DNA of 61,268 bases, counting the filler, from Asterionella formosa (Eukaryota), in NCBI GenBank assembly GCA_002256025.1. It is 5 parts of 5 records of this genome, joined end to end, with 100 filler letters (N's around TTAATTAATTAA, not from the genome) between each part and the next. Parts side by side here need not be neighbours in the genome. Positions count along the whole stretch, not along the records: positions 1 to 12,184 come from NKIB01007718.1; 4 more parts are not named here. One strand, given 5' to 3'. Numbering within the stretch: the stretch's first letter is position 1; each line of letters opens with the position of its first letter. Positions 1-12,284 of the stretch are shown here, piece after piece. Position numbers and translations under genes: made by a program. The notes beneath the pieces are model-generated. The model was given only the letters and a program-made list of their open reading frames with translations, made no database searches and had not been told where the DNA came from.

Positions 1-208
1 TTGGTACCAGGTAGTAGACTCGAACGTATGTACTCCAATTTCAAGAACATAGCATCAATGGTTATAATGAGTCACAAGGACTGTGGACTCGACTATAGTC
101 CAACGAGTCAAATGGTGCGTTCCCATGTCAAGAAGCTTGCTAATGAGATTCATGTCTTAGATCAATCAGAAGAAGGTTTACATCAACGAAAAGGGAACAC
201 GAAGAACA

Positions 209-426
209 GGTTCTCGAAGTGTGATGAATGGGATTGAAACTTAGTTTTATTTTACGCTTATAATTAAGAAACAGTGAGAATTGACAACAGAGTAAGGTCA
301 ATAGCAAAAACTACTAGCACGAAGGCTACTAGTAGCAGAAAGAAGATAACAATACAAGTGGTACAACAGGTAAGACCTATGTAAGAGGAAACCCGTCAGA
401 AGGAAGGAGTAAGAGACCTTTTAACA
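209..426 (+). repeat. 5' LTR of Copia element 1 (portion shared with the 3' copy)
   Basis: Near-identical to 3616-3825; ends in CA. Confidence 0.85.
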
Positions 427-3022
427 TGCTTTAAAGCGCAGCTTTGAATGCCACAGGCTACTCAGGAATGATGGGAAGTGACAATGACACATCAGTGAGC
501 GAGATTGCTGCCAATGTTCGATGGGCAAGATGCTAAATGGCACATGTGGAAAGCGAATTTTCTCGCATACATGTGCTACAAGAACTTTCAAGGAATACTT
601 AACAGTGACGAACTACCAAGAGGAGAGAAAGACCTAAAGGGTGATACGATCGTGTTGTTGGATGCTGACGAGAGATGCATCCAAAGGAGCAACACAGTTG
701 CTTAAGCAAGTTTGATAATGGCATGCCAGAGTGGGCCATTTGGACATGTAAATAATGCAATAAGTGCCGAGTTTCCTAACGGAAATGCTAAAGAAGCATG
801 GGACAAGCTCATTTCTATGTATGAGTCAGGCAACATGGCGAACGTCATTGCCTTGTCCCACCAATAGACAAAGTGCACTCTAGGGGAAAACGAGAGCCCC
901 AACAGCTGGTGGTATGTGGATTTGGATCGTATCCGGGAACGATTGGGCAATACAAGCTCCGCCGTTTCGGATGGTGCCTATGTGGCACACATGACCAACA
1001 ACCTACCTGAAAGCTACAAGAGTTTGGTAGTAGGCAGGAAGGTTTGGCCTGGCGCACAACACGCTAACGGTCGAAGAGATTAAGACAGACATCCAGGACT
1101 ACTACGATCTATATTTCCGGGATGACGTCAAAACGACTACCGGTACCAAGAACAAGAGTGAACAGGCCTTCTACACAAAAGGGAAGTTCAAAGGTGACTG
1201 TCGTAAGTGTGGCAAGTATGGCCACAAGGCGGCTGACTGTCGCAGCAAGGGCAATAATGCCAACAAGAAGGAGCTCACTCCTGAGCAGAAAGAAAAGAGG
1301 AAAACGGCCGATCAAGTGTTTCAAGTGCCAACGCATGGGACACTATGCAAGTGAGTGCACTAGTAACAGTGCATCTAAAAATAATAAAAGCGAAGAGAAC
1401 AACACGACTNNNNNNNNNNNNNNNNNNNNNNNNNNNNNNNNNNNNNNNNNNNNNNNNNNNNNNNNNNNNNNNNNNNNNNNNNNNNNNNNNNNNNNNNNNN
1501 NNNNNNNNNNNNNNNNNNNNNNNNNNNNNNNNNNNNNNNNNNNNNNNNNNNNNNNNNNNNNNNNNNNNNNNNNNNNNNNNNNNNNNNNNNNNNNNNNNNN
1601 NNNNNNNNNNNNNNNNNNNNNNNNNNNNNNNNNNNNNNNNNNNNNNNNNNNNNNNNNNNNNNNNNNNNNNNNNNNNNNNNNNNNNNNNNNNNNNNNNNNN
1701 NNNNNNNNNNNNNNNNNNNNNNNNNNNNNNNNNNNNNNNNNNNNNNNNNNNNNNNNNNNNNNNNNNNNNNNNNNNNNNNNNNNNNNNNNNNNNNNNNNNN
1801 NNNNNNNNNNNNNNNNNNNNNNNNNNNNNNNNNNNNNNNNNNNNNNNNNNNNNNNNNNNNNNNNNNNNNNNNNNNNNNNNNNNNNNNNNNNNNNNNNNNN
1901 NNNNNNNNNNNNNNNNNNNNNNNNNNNNNNNNNNNNNNNNNNNNNNNNNNNNNNNNNNNNNNNNNNNNNNNNNNNNNNNNNNNNNNNNNNNNNNNNNNNN
2001 NNNNNNNNNNNNNNNNNNNNNNNNNNNNNNNNNNNNNNNNNNNNNNNNNNNNNNNNNNNNNNNNNNNNNNNNNNNNNNNNNNNNNNNNNNNNNNNNNNNN
2101 NNNNNNNNNNNNNNNNNNNNNNNNNNNNNNNNNNNNNNNNNNNNNNNNNNNNNNNNNNNNNNNNNNNNNNNNNNNNNNNNNNNNNNNNNNNNNNNNNNNN
2201 NNNNNNNNNNNNNNNNNNNNNNNNNNNNNNNNNNNNNNNNNNNNNNNNNNNNNNNNNNNNNNNNNNNNNNNNNNNNNNNNNNNNNNNNNNNNNNNNNNNN
2301 NNNNNNNNNNNNNNNNNNNNNNNNNNNNNNNNNNNNNNNNNNNNNNNNNNNNNNNNNNNNNNNNNNNNNNNNNNNNNNNNCCTACGCGAAATCCGCTGTA
2401 GGTAATCAGTACTGGGTCATGGCAGTGGACGACTACACAAGAAAGCGCTGGAGCTATTTCATTAAAAAGAAGAACATCGTCAGAACAGTCAATGAAGATT
2501 TACTACCAGAAGTTTCAGATGATGAGGAAGATGACAACGAAAAGGATAAATCAAGTTCAGACACTGGAACAGCAAAATCTACCTCAAGGAATGATGAAAT
2601 TTTTGACCTTGAAAAGAGAAATGTTTTGAAGCAACAAGCAAAGACTAAATACCCAACTACGCTCCTCCTATCTAGACAGGCAAAGTTGGAACAAGAAATG
2701 AAGAAGTTGGACTCATTGTATAATCCTACTAAAAGTGTTAAGTTCACTCCAGGCACCTCATTACCAAATGTGATTGAGGAGGAAGCTTCTTCGAATAAGG
2801 AAACTGAAGTAAATTTCGTATTCAATGCAAGTCTTACATCGGACCCAGGTTAAACAAATAGTTATGATGAGGCGATGGCAAGACCTGATCGCAAAGAGTG
2901 GATGAAAGCTATAAAGAAAAAATTTGAAAACTTCCAAGCAAGAGGAGTGTGGAAAATAGTTGAGAGAAATGATGTGAACAAGTGAGACAAGGTGGGTCTT
3001 CTGTATCATTAATAAGGAGGAC

Positions 3023-3631
3023 ATGATAACCGGCAAGACAGTATACAAGGCACGGTTGGTCATGAAGGGATATGAACTGATCCCGGGAGTTGATTTTACT
3101 GAGACATTTGCTCCTGTTGTACTAAGTGATGCTACAATAAAAACCGTACTGGCTGTGGTTACTATGTACTACAGTTGGATACTAGTGGAAACAATCGATG
3201 TTGAAGCAGCGTTTTTAAATGCTGACGTCGACAAAGACATTTCTATTGATCCCCCAGAAGGATTGACAGAGATTAACCAGAATACACATATCTGCAAACT
3301 AATTAAGGCTATGTATGGAATTGTACAAGCTCCAAGATGCTGGTCCAAGACATTTGCGAAATGCGTCACCAACAAGACAGGCATAAGAAAAAGCGAAATA
3401 GACCCAATGCTGTTTATCTACCGCAACAACGATGGACAAATTAAAGGGTTATTGGCAAACTACATGGATGATGGAATTATATGTGGTACCAGGAATGCAG
3501 TCGACCACATGAAAAATATGATCAAGGAAGATTTTAAAATCATGGAACAAGGTCCGCTACAAAAACACTTAGGTGTGGAATATATGAGCAAGCACGACAC
3601 ATTTGGAGAATACTGGGTTCTCGAAGTGTGA
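3023..3631 (+). pseudogene. Copia reverse transcriptase fragment, truncated and fused to the 3' LTR
   Basis: RVT_2-type motifs; the ORF runs straight into LTR sequence at 3616 with no RNase H or PPT. Confidence 0.88.
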
Positions 3632-3825
3632 TGAATGGGATTGAAACTTAGTTTTAGTTTAAGCTTATAATTAAGAAACAGTGAGAATTGACAGAGTAAG
3701 GTCAATAGCGAAAACTAGCACAAAGGCTAGCAGCAGAAAGAAGATAACAATACTAGTGGTACAACAGGTAAGACCTACTTAAGAGGAAACCCATCAGACG
3801 GGAAGGAGTACGAGACCTTTTAACA
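3616..3825 (+). repeat. 3' LTR (5'-truncated) of Copia element 1
   Basis: Matches 209-426. Confidence 0.85.
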
Positions 3826-4189
3826 CTCCAACTGGGTCCTGATACCGGTACTCTTGCTTGTTACCAGGGTTACTGATACTGGGTACCGGTAGTACTGGTG
3901 CTCCGTACAGCATTCCGTACCTGGGATACCCAGCAAGGAGAACAGCATACCACCGGTATACGAATTCTATGTTCTTGGCAACTAACGAACGTGGTTGTTG
4001 TGTTACAATTTAGGCCCCGTCTTATGGTGCCCGATATGACACGACAATAACAAATGGTTGGTATGATCCACACAGGAGAGATTGCACCAATCTTCTGTGC
4101 AAGGACCTCGAGTTGCTTCTGCTGGCTGCTCTCTTCACTCTAGCAACTGGTGCTTCCCATTTGTATGTTTACATTCAAAGTGACATCTC

Positions 4190-4530
4190 TAAAGAGGTAC
4201 AACGCAAATTTTTCATTCACTGGACTTCAAAGTTTGCAGAAAAGAAGGATGAATATGTATACATCATACTGAGAGAGGAAGATGATGACCAACTGCACCG
4301 AATTCTTAATGACTACAGTTCCCTTGGGCCTACAGGGTGTGGTAAAGGCTCAGTCGATTGTGTGCAAATTGGGTGGAATCAATGTCCAGCCTACCAGAAG
4401 AATATATTTAAAGGTTCCAAGGGTGTCCTTCAGTTGTTTTTGAGGTGGTTTCTGATCACAGAAGAAATATTTTATCAATCAGCTACCTACACCCAGGAAC
4501 AAGAAATGACAAACACATATTGGTACCACA
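4190..4530 (+). pseudogene. PIF/Harbinger-type (plant-transposase-like) transposase fragment
   Basis: GPTGCGKGSVDCVQIGWNQCPAYQKNIFKG resembles the G.PGC.GS.DC.H..W..CP motif of PIF/Harbinger transposases; frameshifted afterwards. Confidence 0.65.
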
Positions 4531-5030
4531 GGTATGCATTATCCAGTCTACCAGTACTAGGTTACTTACCCTATGTAAACTCTAACAAACCCCAAATAGA
4601 CTATCAGTACCTAATAGGCTATCAGACTTGAAGCAACCTATAAGCAATGTAATAAGAATCCACAGTATTCAGGGTGATGGAGAAAACTGGACTATTTTTG
4701 CATTGATGTCAGTACCCTGGTAGAAGAGTTTACCAGTGGTCTATTTTTTTGTACTTATCATGCAATGTATGTACAACAGTTCCTGCAAACAGCAATGCTT
4801 GGCAAAAAATGAGTATCATTGGGAACTAGACCAACGCTATAGACATAAAAAAGAATGGAAGTGTCTTAAGCTAAACTAGCAGTTGATAACCATGTATAAT
4901 GAAGTGTGCTAATACAACTAACATTTGGAGATGCATGTTTATAATACCTTTTTTGATATACTACCTGCGACTCTCTGGCAATTTACATTTCAGTTTTCGA
5001 TTGTGCGATTGTGCGGGCAGGTCTGTTTGT

Positions 5031-6510
5031 TTACATACAATTACGGTAACTTGCTGTCAACTCTGCGGCACGTGCCTTGGCAGCCGGGGTAGTTCCCAAC
5101 CAGTATCCTGCATGGACATTCGACTCCAGTTCCCAAAAATGCAAGGGCGATGTTTCCAACTTGCCTGTCAATGCCTCCACACCATCTGGTGTAATCAGTA
5201 GAGTGTGTTCGAATTGAGCTGATCGACCACCATCCACTGTTGTGGCTGTCCATTCATCTGGCCATGTTAGTGCCTTGGCTGAATTTTGAAAATAAACCGA
5301 AAAAGGTCTCGTCGTAAGCAAATAATCCTACAATAGGTGCACACAACTATCATATCATGTGCTTGTACGTACCAGTTCCTTCACAAATCATAGGCTCAAT
5401 GGTAAATGTATGTCCTGCAGCCATTTGTCCATTTGGTTCATTATTCCGATAATGCAAAATATTTGGTGTCGTATGAAAGACACTTCCAATTCCATGTCCA
5501 CAGAAGTTCTTGACAGTCGAAAAGCCCTTCTCGACCACATAATCTTCAATAATGGCCCCAATATCTTTGTAATCCTTGCCCGGTTCCACAAAATTCATGG
5601 CTGACACCCAACAATCATAGGTACATTGGATCAATTTTTTGGCAGCTTCGTCGGGAGTTCCAGCAACAAACATTTCCGAACAATCTCCATGGTAGCCATC
5701 CAAGTAGCATGTAATGTCTAGATTGACCACATCACCTTCTGCCAAGGGACGATCATCGGGGATGCCATGGCAAATAACTTCATTAACAGAGGTGCAACAT
5801 GATTTTGGAAAGCCATGATAGTTGAGGGGCGAAGGATATGCTCCTCTCTGAGTGGCACAATGTATTAGAAATATTCTTAGAACGGTCAACAACCCTTATA
5901 TTGAAAACAAGGAGCGTACCTTTAACGTTTCCGCATGAACCAACGAGTCAATTTCATCCGTAGTAATCCCCACCCGAACCGCTCGTCCCGCAATGTCCAA
6001 AACCTCTCTTGCCACTCGTCCAGCAGCTCTCATTTTTTCAATTTCTTCGGGTGTTTTCACTTCCACAATCCATGGCATCATGATTTGTCGTTTAGATTTG
6101 GGCTAATTTATTCATGTGAATTTCGATAAAAAATGGAGTTGTTGAGAAAAAAGCCATACGAACAAAGGATTTATTGAAACAAGACCACGTACCACACCAT
6201 CGTCACTATAATCTGGTTTCACAATAGTCTCCACATCGACTCGTTTCTGTGGTGACTGTGTTCCAGGCCGAATGGCTCCGGCATATTTGAATGTTGTTAG
6301 TTGCAAGTCTCGCAAAGCTCCAGCAAATCCTTTTGGTTTTGCTCTTGCAGCTGACTTTTTGTTGGTCGATTTCTTGTCATAAAGTCGAGTGGCAGTTGGC
6401 GCTGTTGAGAGACGAGACGGACAAAAGGCATCCACACGACAGAAGGAACCCATGAGCATGAAAACAAAATAAGAAAGGACTGGCATCATGCAAAGAAATC
6501 GCATCATCAT
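5031..6510 (-). CDS. map: Methionine aminopeptidase type 1, plastid-targeted; 4 exons (6510-6193, 6102-5920, 5847-5373, 5278-5031)
   Basis: Motifs [53 protein letters not shown]. Three GT-AG introns join the exons in frame. Signal peptide followed by VDAF. Confidence 0.95.
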
Positions 6511-8747
6511 TTTAATGATCGTGGATTGTATATTTACTTGGGAGAGATGAGTAGATTGAATTCAAATGCTTTTGACCTAGATCCAATGTATTTGATGACA
6601 ATGATGAAAGCAATTCTTTTGTTGATGAGCAAATCCAAAATGATCCAATCCCATGGTGGCCAACAATCGAATCGAACACTCAGTCACAAAAAAACAGCTG
6701 GCAGTACTATAGTATGTGGACTAGCTGTATAATACATATATTTTATTGCGAGACTACAATAAAATAGCTAACAACTATAGAATATCGGGACGTACGCACC
6801 AGGACCGGTATTCTTTCTCATTGTACGCACTGCAAAATTACATGTATGTACATATATACAAGAGTAGCTAATGGTGGACCGGTATGTAGTGTACGTGCAG
6901 CCACAAGCCCGTAGTCCATTCGAACACACCATGCAACATGTTGTGCTTCAAACTAGATGCGACTAAAAGGGTAATTGATTTTGTTGGTAAAAAGAATTCG
7001 AATTGTTTAGAGCAAAATTAATCTTTTTTTGCAGCCATCGAGAGCAAGGACATAACAAGGGATTGATCGAAAAATGATTTCCTTCATTTGTTTGGCTGAG
7101 CAATGAAGAACTTGAAAATTGTAGAGTAACAATAATATGATTTCCGACTTTAAGATCTGGTATGTTGTTTTGATGTAAAACCATCATATACAAGTAGTTT
7201 CATCATGATGAAGCTATCATATCATTAGTACACAAGGTACTGTTGTCAGCCACCATCATAATGAGCCTTCTGATTCAAGCAACATTTATTCTACTACTAA
7301 CTGAGATGTTTTGCCCCTCTTTTCCATAGTGCTGTTGACCTCAAAGTACACCAACATCATGCCAAGAATGTTTTTTTACAGAAAGAAATCAAGGAGTTGT
7401 CTACAATTAAATGCAGTTATTCGATATCGACGAAAAACGCTTATCAACAGGGCGGTTGCAAGCACCACTTCATCCAGCAACCAACAAGCAGTGTCACCCA
7501 AACATTAAGCAACACTATTCCTATTAGTTAAATGCTCCCTCTGTTCCGCTTTATTTGCAACCAAACTTTAGGTCACTGCCTCCTCTCATGAAGGGCAAGC
7601 TCCAATAATTCTGCAGCTAATAGACCCTCCTGTTAAAAAATTATTGTGAATTGAAAGGTGGTGTGCGTGTATATTACATGTTCTAATAATTTGTCAAAGC
7701 ATCCAAATGTAAACAGAAGAAAGTAAGCTAGTACTATAACAGCAATGCTATTAGCACCACTGGTAAGTACCACCCTCTCTCACCATGAAGGGCGATGTAT
7801 ATTTGCAGTACGCCATCAAATGAGTCCGTTTCAGCGCCACTGCAGCTACACACCAGTATACACCACGCTTCAATCAGATGAAAGAAAAATAAGAATTAAC
7901 AACAAGAAACTCATGAAGATAGACCAAAGTGACAACCGAAATCCACCCAGCATCATCATTAAATTGAGTAAGGCTTTTGACAATGTCCACGCATCCAAAT
8001 CAGATCCAGACAGACCGTTTCCCGTCCCCCAATACCTACACAGTACATACTTAACAACAAACAGATTATATACTGTACAAAGATATGAGAAAACTTGAGC
8101 AACAGTAATTTCGGAGAGAGGAGCACAATATCTCAAAATGCAAGAAAATACCTCAAGGTATGATAATTACTATGTACTGACTATCATGTACATACTAATT
8201 ATCTTTGTTCATTTTTCTACGAAATCTTGGGCTTGATACGGTCATTTTACAGTTTAACATAGACATACATTTAGACATTCAACAGTACACTGCTTATTCT
8301 TTGGGCAACTAAAATTTTCGCATCGCCTATGTGCAAGGATGGTAATGGACCCTGCAGTCTCCCCTTTCTTGTATTATATGGTGTGCGGAGCCTTCATTAC
8401 ATGAAGAGTGAGCAAGTGAACTGAAGTTCTGTGAACCTTGCTCATCTTCATTTGCCTTTCCCAGGCAATGCGAAAAGAAAATTTGCTCCATTTTACGTTG
8501 GTTTTGCATGACCCTGTGATATGACTTTGGAAGTACATTGTATTCCATTGGAGTTCTGCATGGGCTGTAGAGGATTGAGTGATGCACACTATCGTCGCTG
8601 CTGCTTACTAGCTCACTACTATTCTTACTAGTAGGGCGCTAGTCTGGTGATTTGGATGCAGTAGTGCTTTCTTTTGTGCCTGTTTAGTCCCATGTTTAGT
8701 ATTTCCCAAGTACTGGGGGGGGGGGCTGTAAAACCTTGATGTGTAAT

Positions 8748-9160
8748 GGTCAAGGCAACAACTGTGGAGGAATCACTGCTGTCCTTGAATCGTACAAGAA
8801 GGAAAATATCTTTAATTTCACGCAACATTCGATGTACCTACTTGGCATAGACTGTCGACCAGAAGACGACTCTTTGGTAGCTGTACTAACAACCGAGAAT
8901 TTTTGATGAATCATGCGCACAGACAGCAATTCTGGGGCAATTCAATCTTCTTTGCTGCAGATGCATCTTACAGGCTGACACAAGAAGGAAATGGCGTTTT
9001 TCCAGTGATTACAACCAACTTGGCTCAACAAACAAAAACGATTGCATATGGAGTGATAAGCCATGAACACCACAAAGCGCAAAGATTCATATTTGCGTCG
9101 ATTAAGTATGCCTTGGAAGAGCTCGTTAGATATAGGAAAACTAATTATATTCCTATCTAG
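8748..9160 (+). pseudogene. Mutator/MULE transposase N-terminal catalytic half (first Asp)
   Basis: FTQHSMYLLG...LTTENF.MN.AHRQ...FFAADASYRLTQEG...TKTIAYGVISHE resembles the MULE D1 region; small frameshift near 8900. Confidence 0.65.
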
Positions 9161-9188
9161 TAATGACAACTATTATAATCACTACCTA

Positions 9189-10800
9189 CTAGTAAGCCTT
9201 TCTAAATATAGTCATCCTTTGCTTAATATCTAGTAAGTTACCTCCACATTTCCCATTTTGGATTCTTCCAGAACCTTTATTCTTAATACTAGGCTTTGGA
9301 TGCATTGTCTTTGGAAAGATTGAATTAATTCCACGGTCAAATGCAAAAGCACATGAATGTTTACACCACGCGTTTGCTAAATACGTGTGACAATGGCAAA
9401 ATATGAGGCCTTCATTGCCCATTGCTTTCAAGCTATTAATCGAAATGGGTCCCAATATACACGCTCCCAAAATTCCTAAAAATTTAGTTAGAGCAACATC
9501 ATCATTTTCACTCTTGGACACAATAGGTTCAATAAGGTGAAAGAAACCTGTGGGTGAGAGAAAGGAAATCATCATGTGTGGTCAACAGAATAGTGTTCAG
9601 GATTTCGGAGAAGTCACTTGTACTCATCATGCATTTGGTTCCTCTTTATCAATTGCATAACCACAGTTAGTGCAGTAACTGATTCTGCGTTCCTGATATA
9701 AAGATATCTCTTTCGAGATTGTGATAGTTGACTGCGCTGTCCCGATATAAAGATATCTCTTTCGAGATTGGCTTGTGATAGTTGACTGTGCCTTGACAAT
9801 ACAGTTGCAGTACTCTGGGACTGCATTGTTTGCATAGAGGACATAATATTTAGGTCCAAAAATGATAATGTCGCAATCAACAATGAACCCTCTCCGATTC
9901 TAATTGCATCACACTTGAAATCAAATGTCACTGTGAGAAATGTGGATTCTCCATTTTGGCTTTCTCAAGAAGCTTATAAATCGACTTGTAGAAATTGATT
10001 GAGTGTATTGATGAGTGTCTGTAAAGTGGAGCAAAATGATGGATCCCCTTTGGAACAATCCTCTAACATGTAAGACATGTTATGAATGAAGTTAGCCGTT
10101 AAAGACTTCCTGTGGTCAAAGAATGATTTATCACCACTGTTGATGCCCTCTGAATTGTTGTTGTATGCAGGCAAGCCACCACGAAGTAGATTGGAACTGT
10201 TCAATTCAATTGTGGTGTGAATGGTGGGACCCCATTGTTTCAACCATGCAGTCGCAACTTTCTTTTCCTTGTATGTGTTGATCCACTTGAAAATCATCAA
10301 ATCGCGAAGGATTGCTGGAACTAGCTGTATCCTGGGACTTCTTTTATACGCCTCGAAGTCTTCACCCATTCTCTTTTTGTTTTTGTCGTATTTCTTGAAC
10401 TTTCCTCTATGTTTCTTTACCCATGCATTCCAGGCATGATAAGAGCACATACAAAATGTAAATTCGGCGTTTGGCCAAATCTTCTTGACAGCCTTGTGAC
10501 AAGCTAAAGTATAATCAGTCATTGTCTGTTTGATAAAGTCTGGTGAGTCCGGTTCCCAGCACCAAGGAGTGTCGCCAAGGGGAAGAGGAAAATGGTCAGT
10601 GCATACTGGAGTGTTGCCTGCAGGTGACAATGGTAGGATGGAAAAGTTTATGGGGTCTATCCCTTCTTTCCAGAAGAAGAAGCACTATCGTCTGACAAAC
10701 TATCTCCTGAACTATCTCCTGAACTCTGCAAGATGCTATCATCCTCCTCAGAGGAGGAATTGTGAGATGAAGACGAAGAACTAGACTTTTGACAAAAAGT
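9189..10800 (-). pseudogene. Mutator/MULE transposase C-terminal half (second Asp, CxxH, Glu, SWIM finger)
   Basis: TMTDYTLACHKAVKKIWP...CMCSYHAW (D2 and CxxH), NNNSEGINSGDK (catalytic E), CHCHTYLANAWCKH (SWIM). Acidic Ser/Asp-rich leader at about 10660-10800. Several stops and frameshifts. Confidence 0.75.
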
Positions 10801-11095
10801 AACAATGCATGGATACATACAGCAATTCCAAGTATAATGCCAAAATGTATGATGTGGACTTTTATTGCCAGGTAGTAGTAATGACAGACCTACAGGATTA
10901 CATGTGAATTCCAACTGTTGGTACAACACATGAATATAGTGATGTATATCATATATTCTTGGCATACTAAATACTACTGGGGAGTACTACCAGTACTTGC
11001 ATGTGTGTTTGTACAGCTGCCTGTGGTATGGGGTTGATGAGACCACAGCAACTCCATCTTGACCACCATGACGAAATTATGGATTTGAATATCTT

Positions 11096-11259
11096 CGTCT
11101 GCAAATAAAAACTATCATGAATATAGGATCAAGGGTATCATATGCTTAGTGGCACATGATTTTTACATATATGATAGTTTTTCGATCAAAAATATAATCA
11201 ATGTATCATATAATTATGATCATGCAGTAAACTTTTACCAAACTTGAAGTATGATAATA
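11096..11259. repeat. Dispersed AT-rich repeat, copy 1 (probable transposon end)
   Basis: Aligns by eye with 28694-28860 (cgtctgcaaataaaaa.tatcatg.atataggatcaag...cttgaagtat). Confidence 0.8.
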
Positions 11260-12184
11260 CTATCATAGTTATTATACAGTTAAGCATGGTCCTATGATGT
11301 GTATACTTTTGTCATACATCTATCTTAGCATGATCGTAATTCTCATCGATATCATGTCTAAAATAGGATGAAATTTATCGAAATTTAGAACTAAATTTAA
11401 GAATGGTTTTATGTTGCTTTCTATATCTTGAGTGGCTAGTACAGAATGTTCTACAATGCTCTCATCGCAATGATTGGTGCTTCAGCTTTCACTTCCACCT
11501 TCCCCCAATCCAATTCTGAAGGTTGTTGTAGTAGCGCTGGTTGCCTTGCCGTTGTTTCCCTGCTTTGTTCCATTTACTCCTGACGGATCTGAGTTTGCAT
11601 TCACGCATTTTCACATTACTATTGAATCCGTTTCGTTGTTCCAATCAGCCATACTAACAAAGAGAAGCAATTCATGATTGTTAGCTGTTCATGTTTTGTT
11701 TACAAAACAACATGCATTTCGCTTCTATCTTCATTTACCACAAATTGAGGAAGTAACTGATGCATATTTCTGTAAAAGAATGTGGCAGTTGAAGATTGAA
11801 TGAGAAAGAAATGAGCTCCAACGCTACTGTTTGTAACTTACAAATACTGTTTGTCTACCATTATCCTGAAAGAAGCAGCACATATTTGTCAGTTTTTCTT
11901 ACAGTTGTGGATTGATCCAAAGATGATATCACTTACTGATTTCTTTGTCCACATTGATGGTTGGCCAAACACCAAATCGAAAAGGAGCCATTGAATCACT
12001 GAAAGGGGACGATTCCGTACTTTATCCTGGCATTTTGTCTTGACATGCCGTGATACTATGCACGACAGCTTGTTGATACCGTCCTTCTCCATCATATTCA
12101 CTCATTCTTAGCCGCATGGTGTATCATTGTTGTGTTGTCACTTCAGTTTTTCGCATCATGTGTTGCTTGAGATCCTTCATTTCA

Positions 12185-12284
12185 NNNNNNNNNNNNNNNN
12201 NNNNNNNNNNNNNNNNNNNNNNNNNNNNTTAATTAATTAANNNNNNNNNNNNNNNNNNNNNNNNNNNNNNNNNNNNNNNNNNNN
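12185..12284. other. Artificial scaffold spacer (N44-TTAATTAATTAA-N44)
   Basis: Six-frame-stop linker, identical at all four junctions. Confidence 0.97.

Larger units (their letters stand above)
38..3825 (+). mobile_element. Ty1/Copia LTR retrotransposon, degenerate and internally deleted
   Basis: Direct repeat 209-426 vs 3616-3825, both ending ...ttttaaca. Order is gag (two CCHC knuckles CRKCGKYGHKAADC and CFKCQRMGHYASEC), integrase fragment (VDDYTRKRWSYF), then RT (YKARLV, GVDFTETFAPV, DVEAAFLNA, KAMYGIVQAPRCW, YMDDG). Possible 5-bp TSD ctcca at 33-37 and 3826-3830; the left boundary is tentative. Confidence 0.9.

Noticed and set aside
1122..2853. Long ORFs running through N gaps (also 17100-17555, 52644-53382, 55525-56070)
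   Set aside because: Their length comes from X residues; gap artefacts.
6740..8700. TIRs or the upstream part of the MULE element
   Set aside because: No inverted terminal match to the 10.9-11.1 kb side found by eye, and the translations are uninformative.
12229..12240. TTAATTAATTAA recurring every ~12.28 kb as a biological periodic repeat
   Set aside because: Always centred in exactly 44+44 Ns; it is a six-frame-stop concatenation linker.
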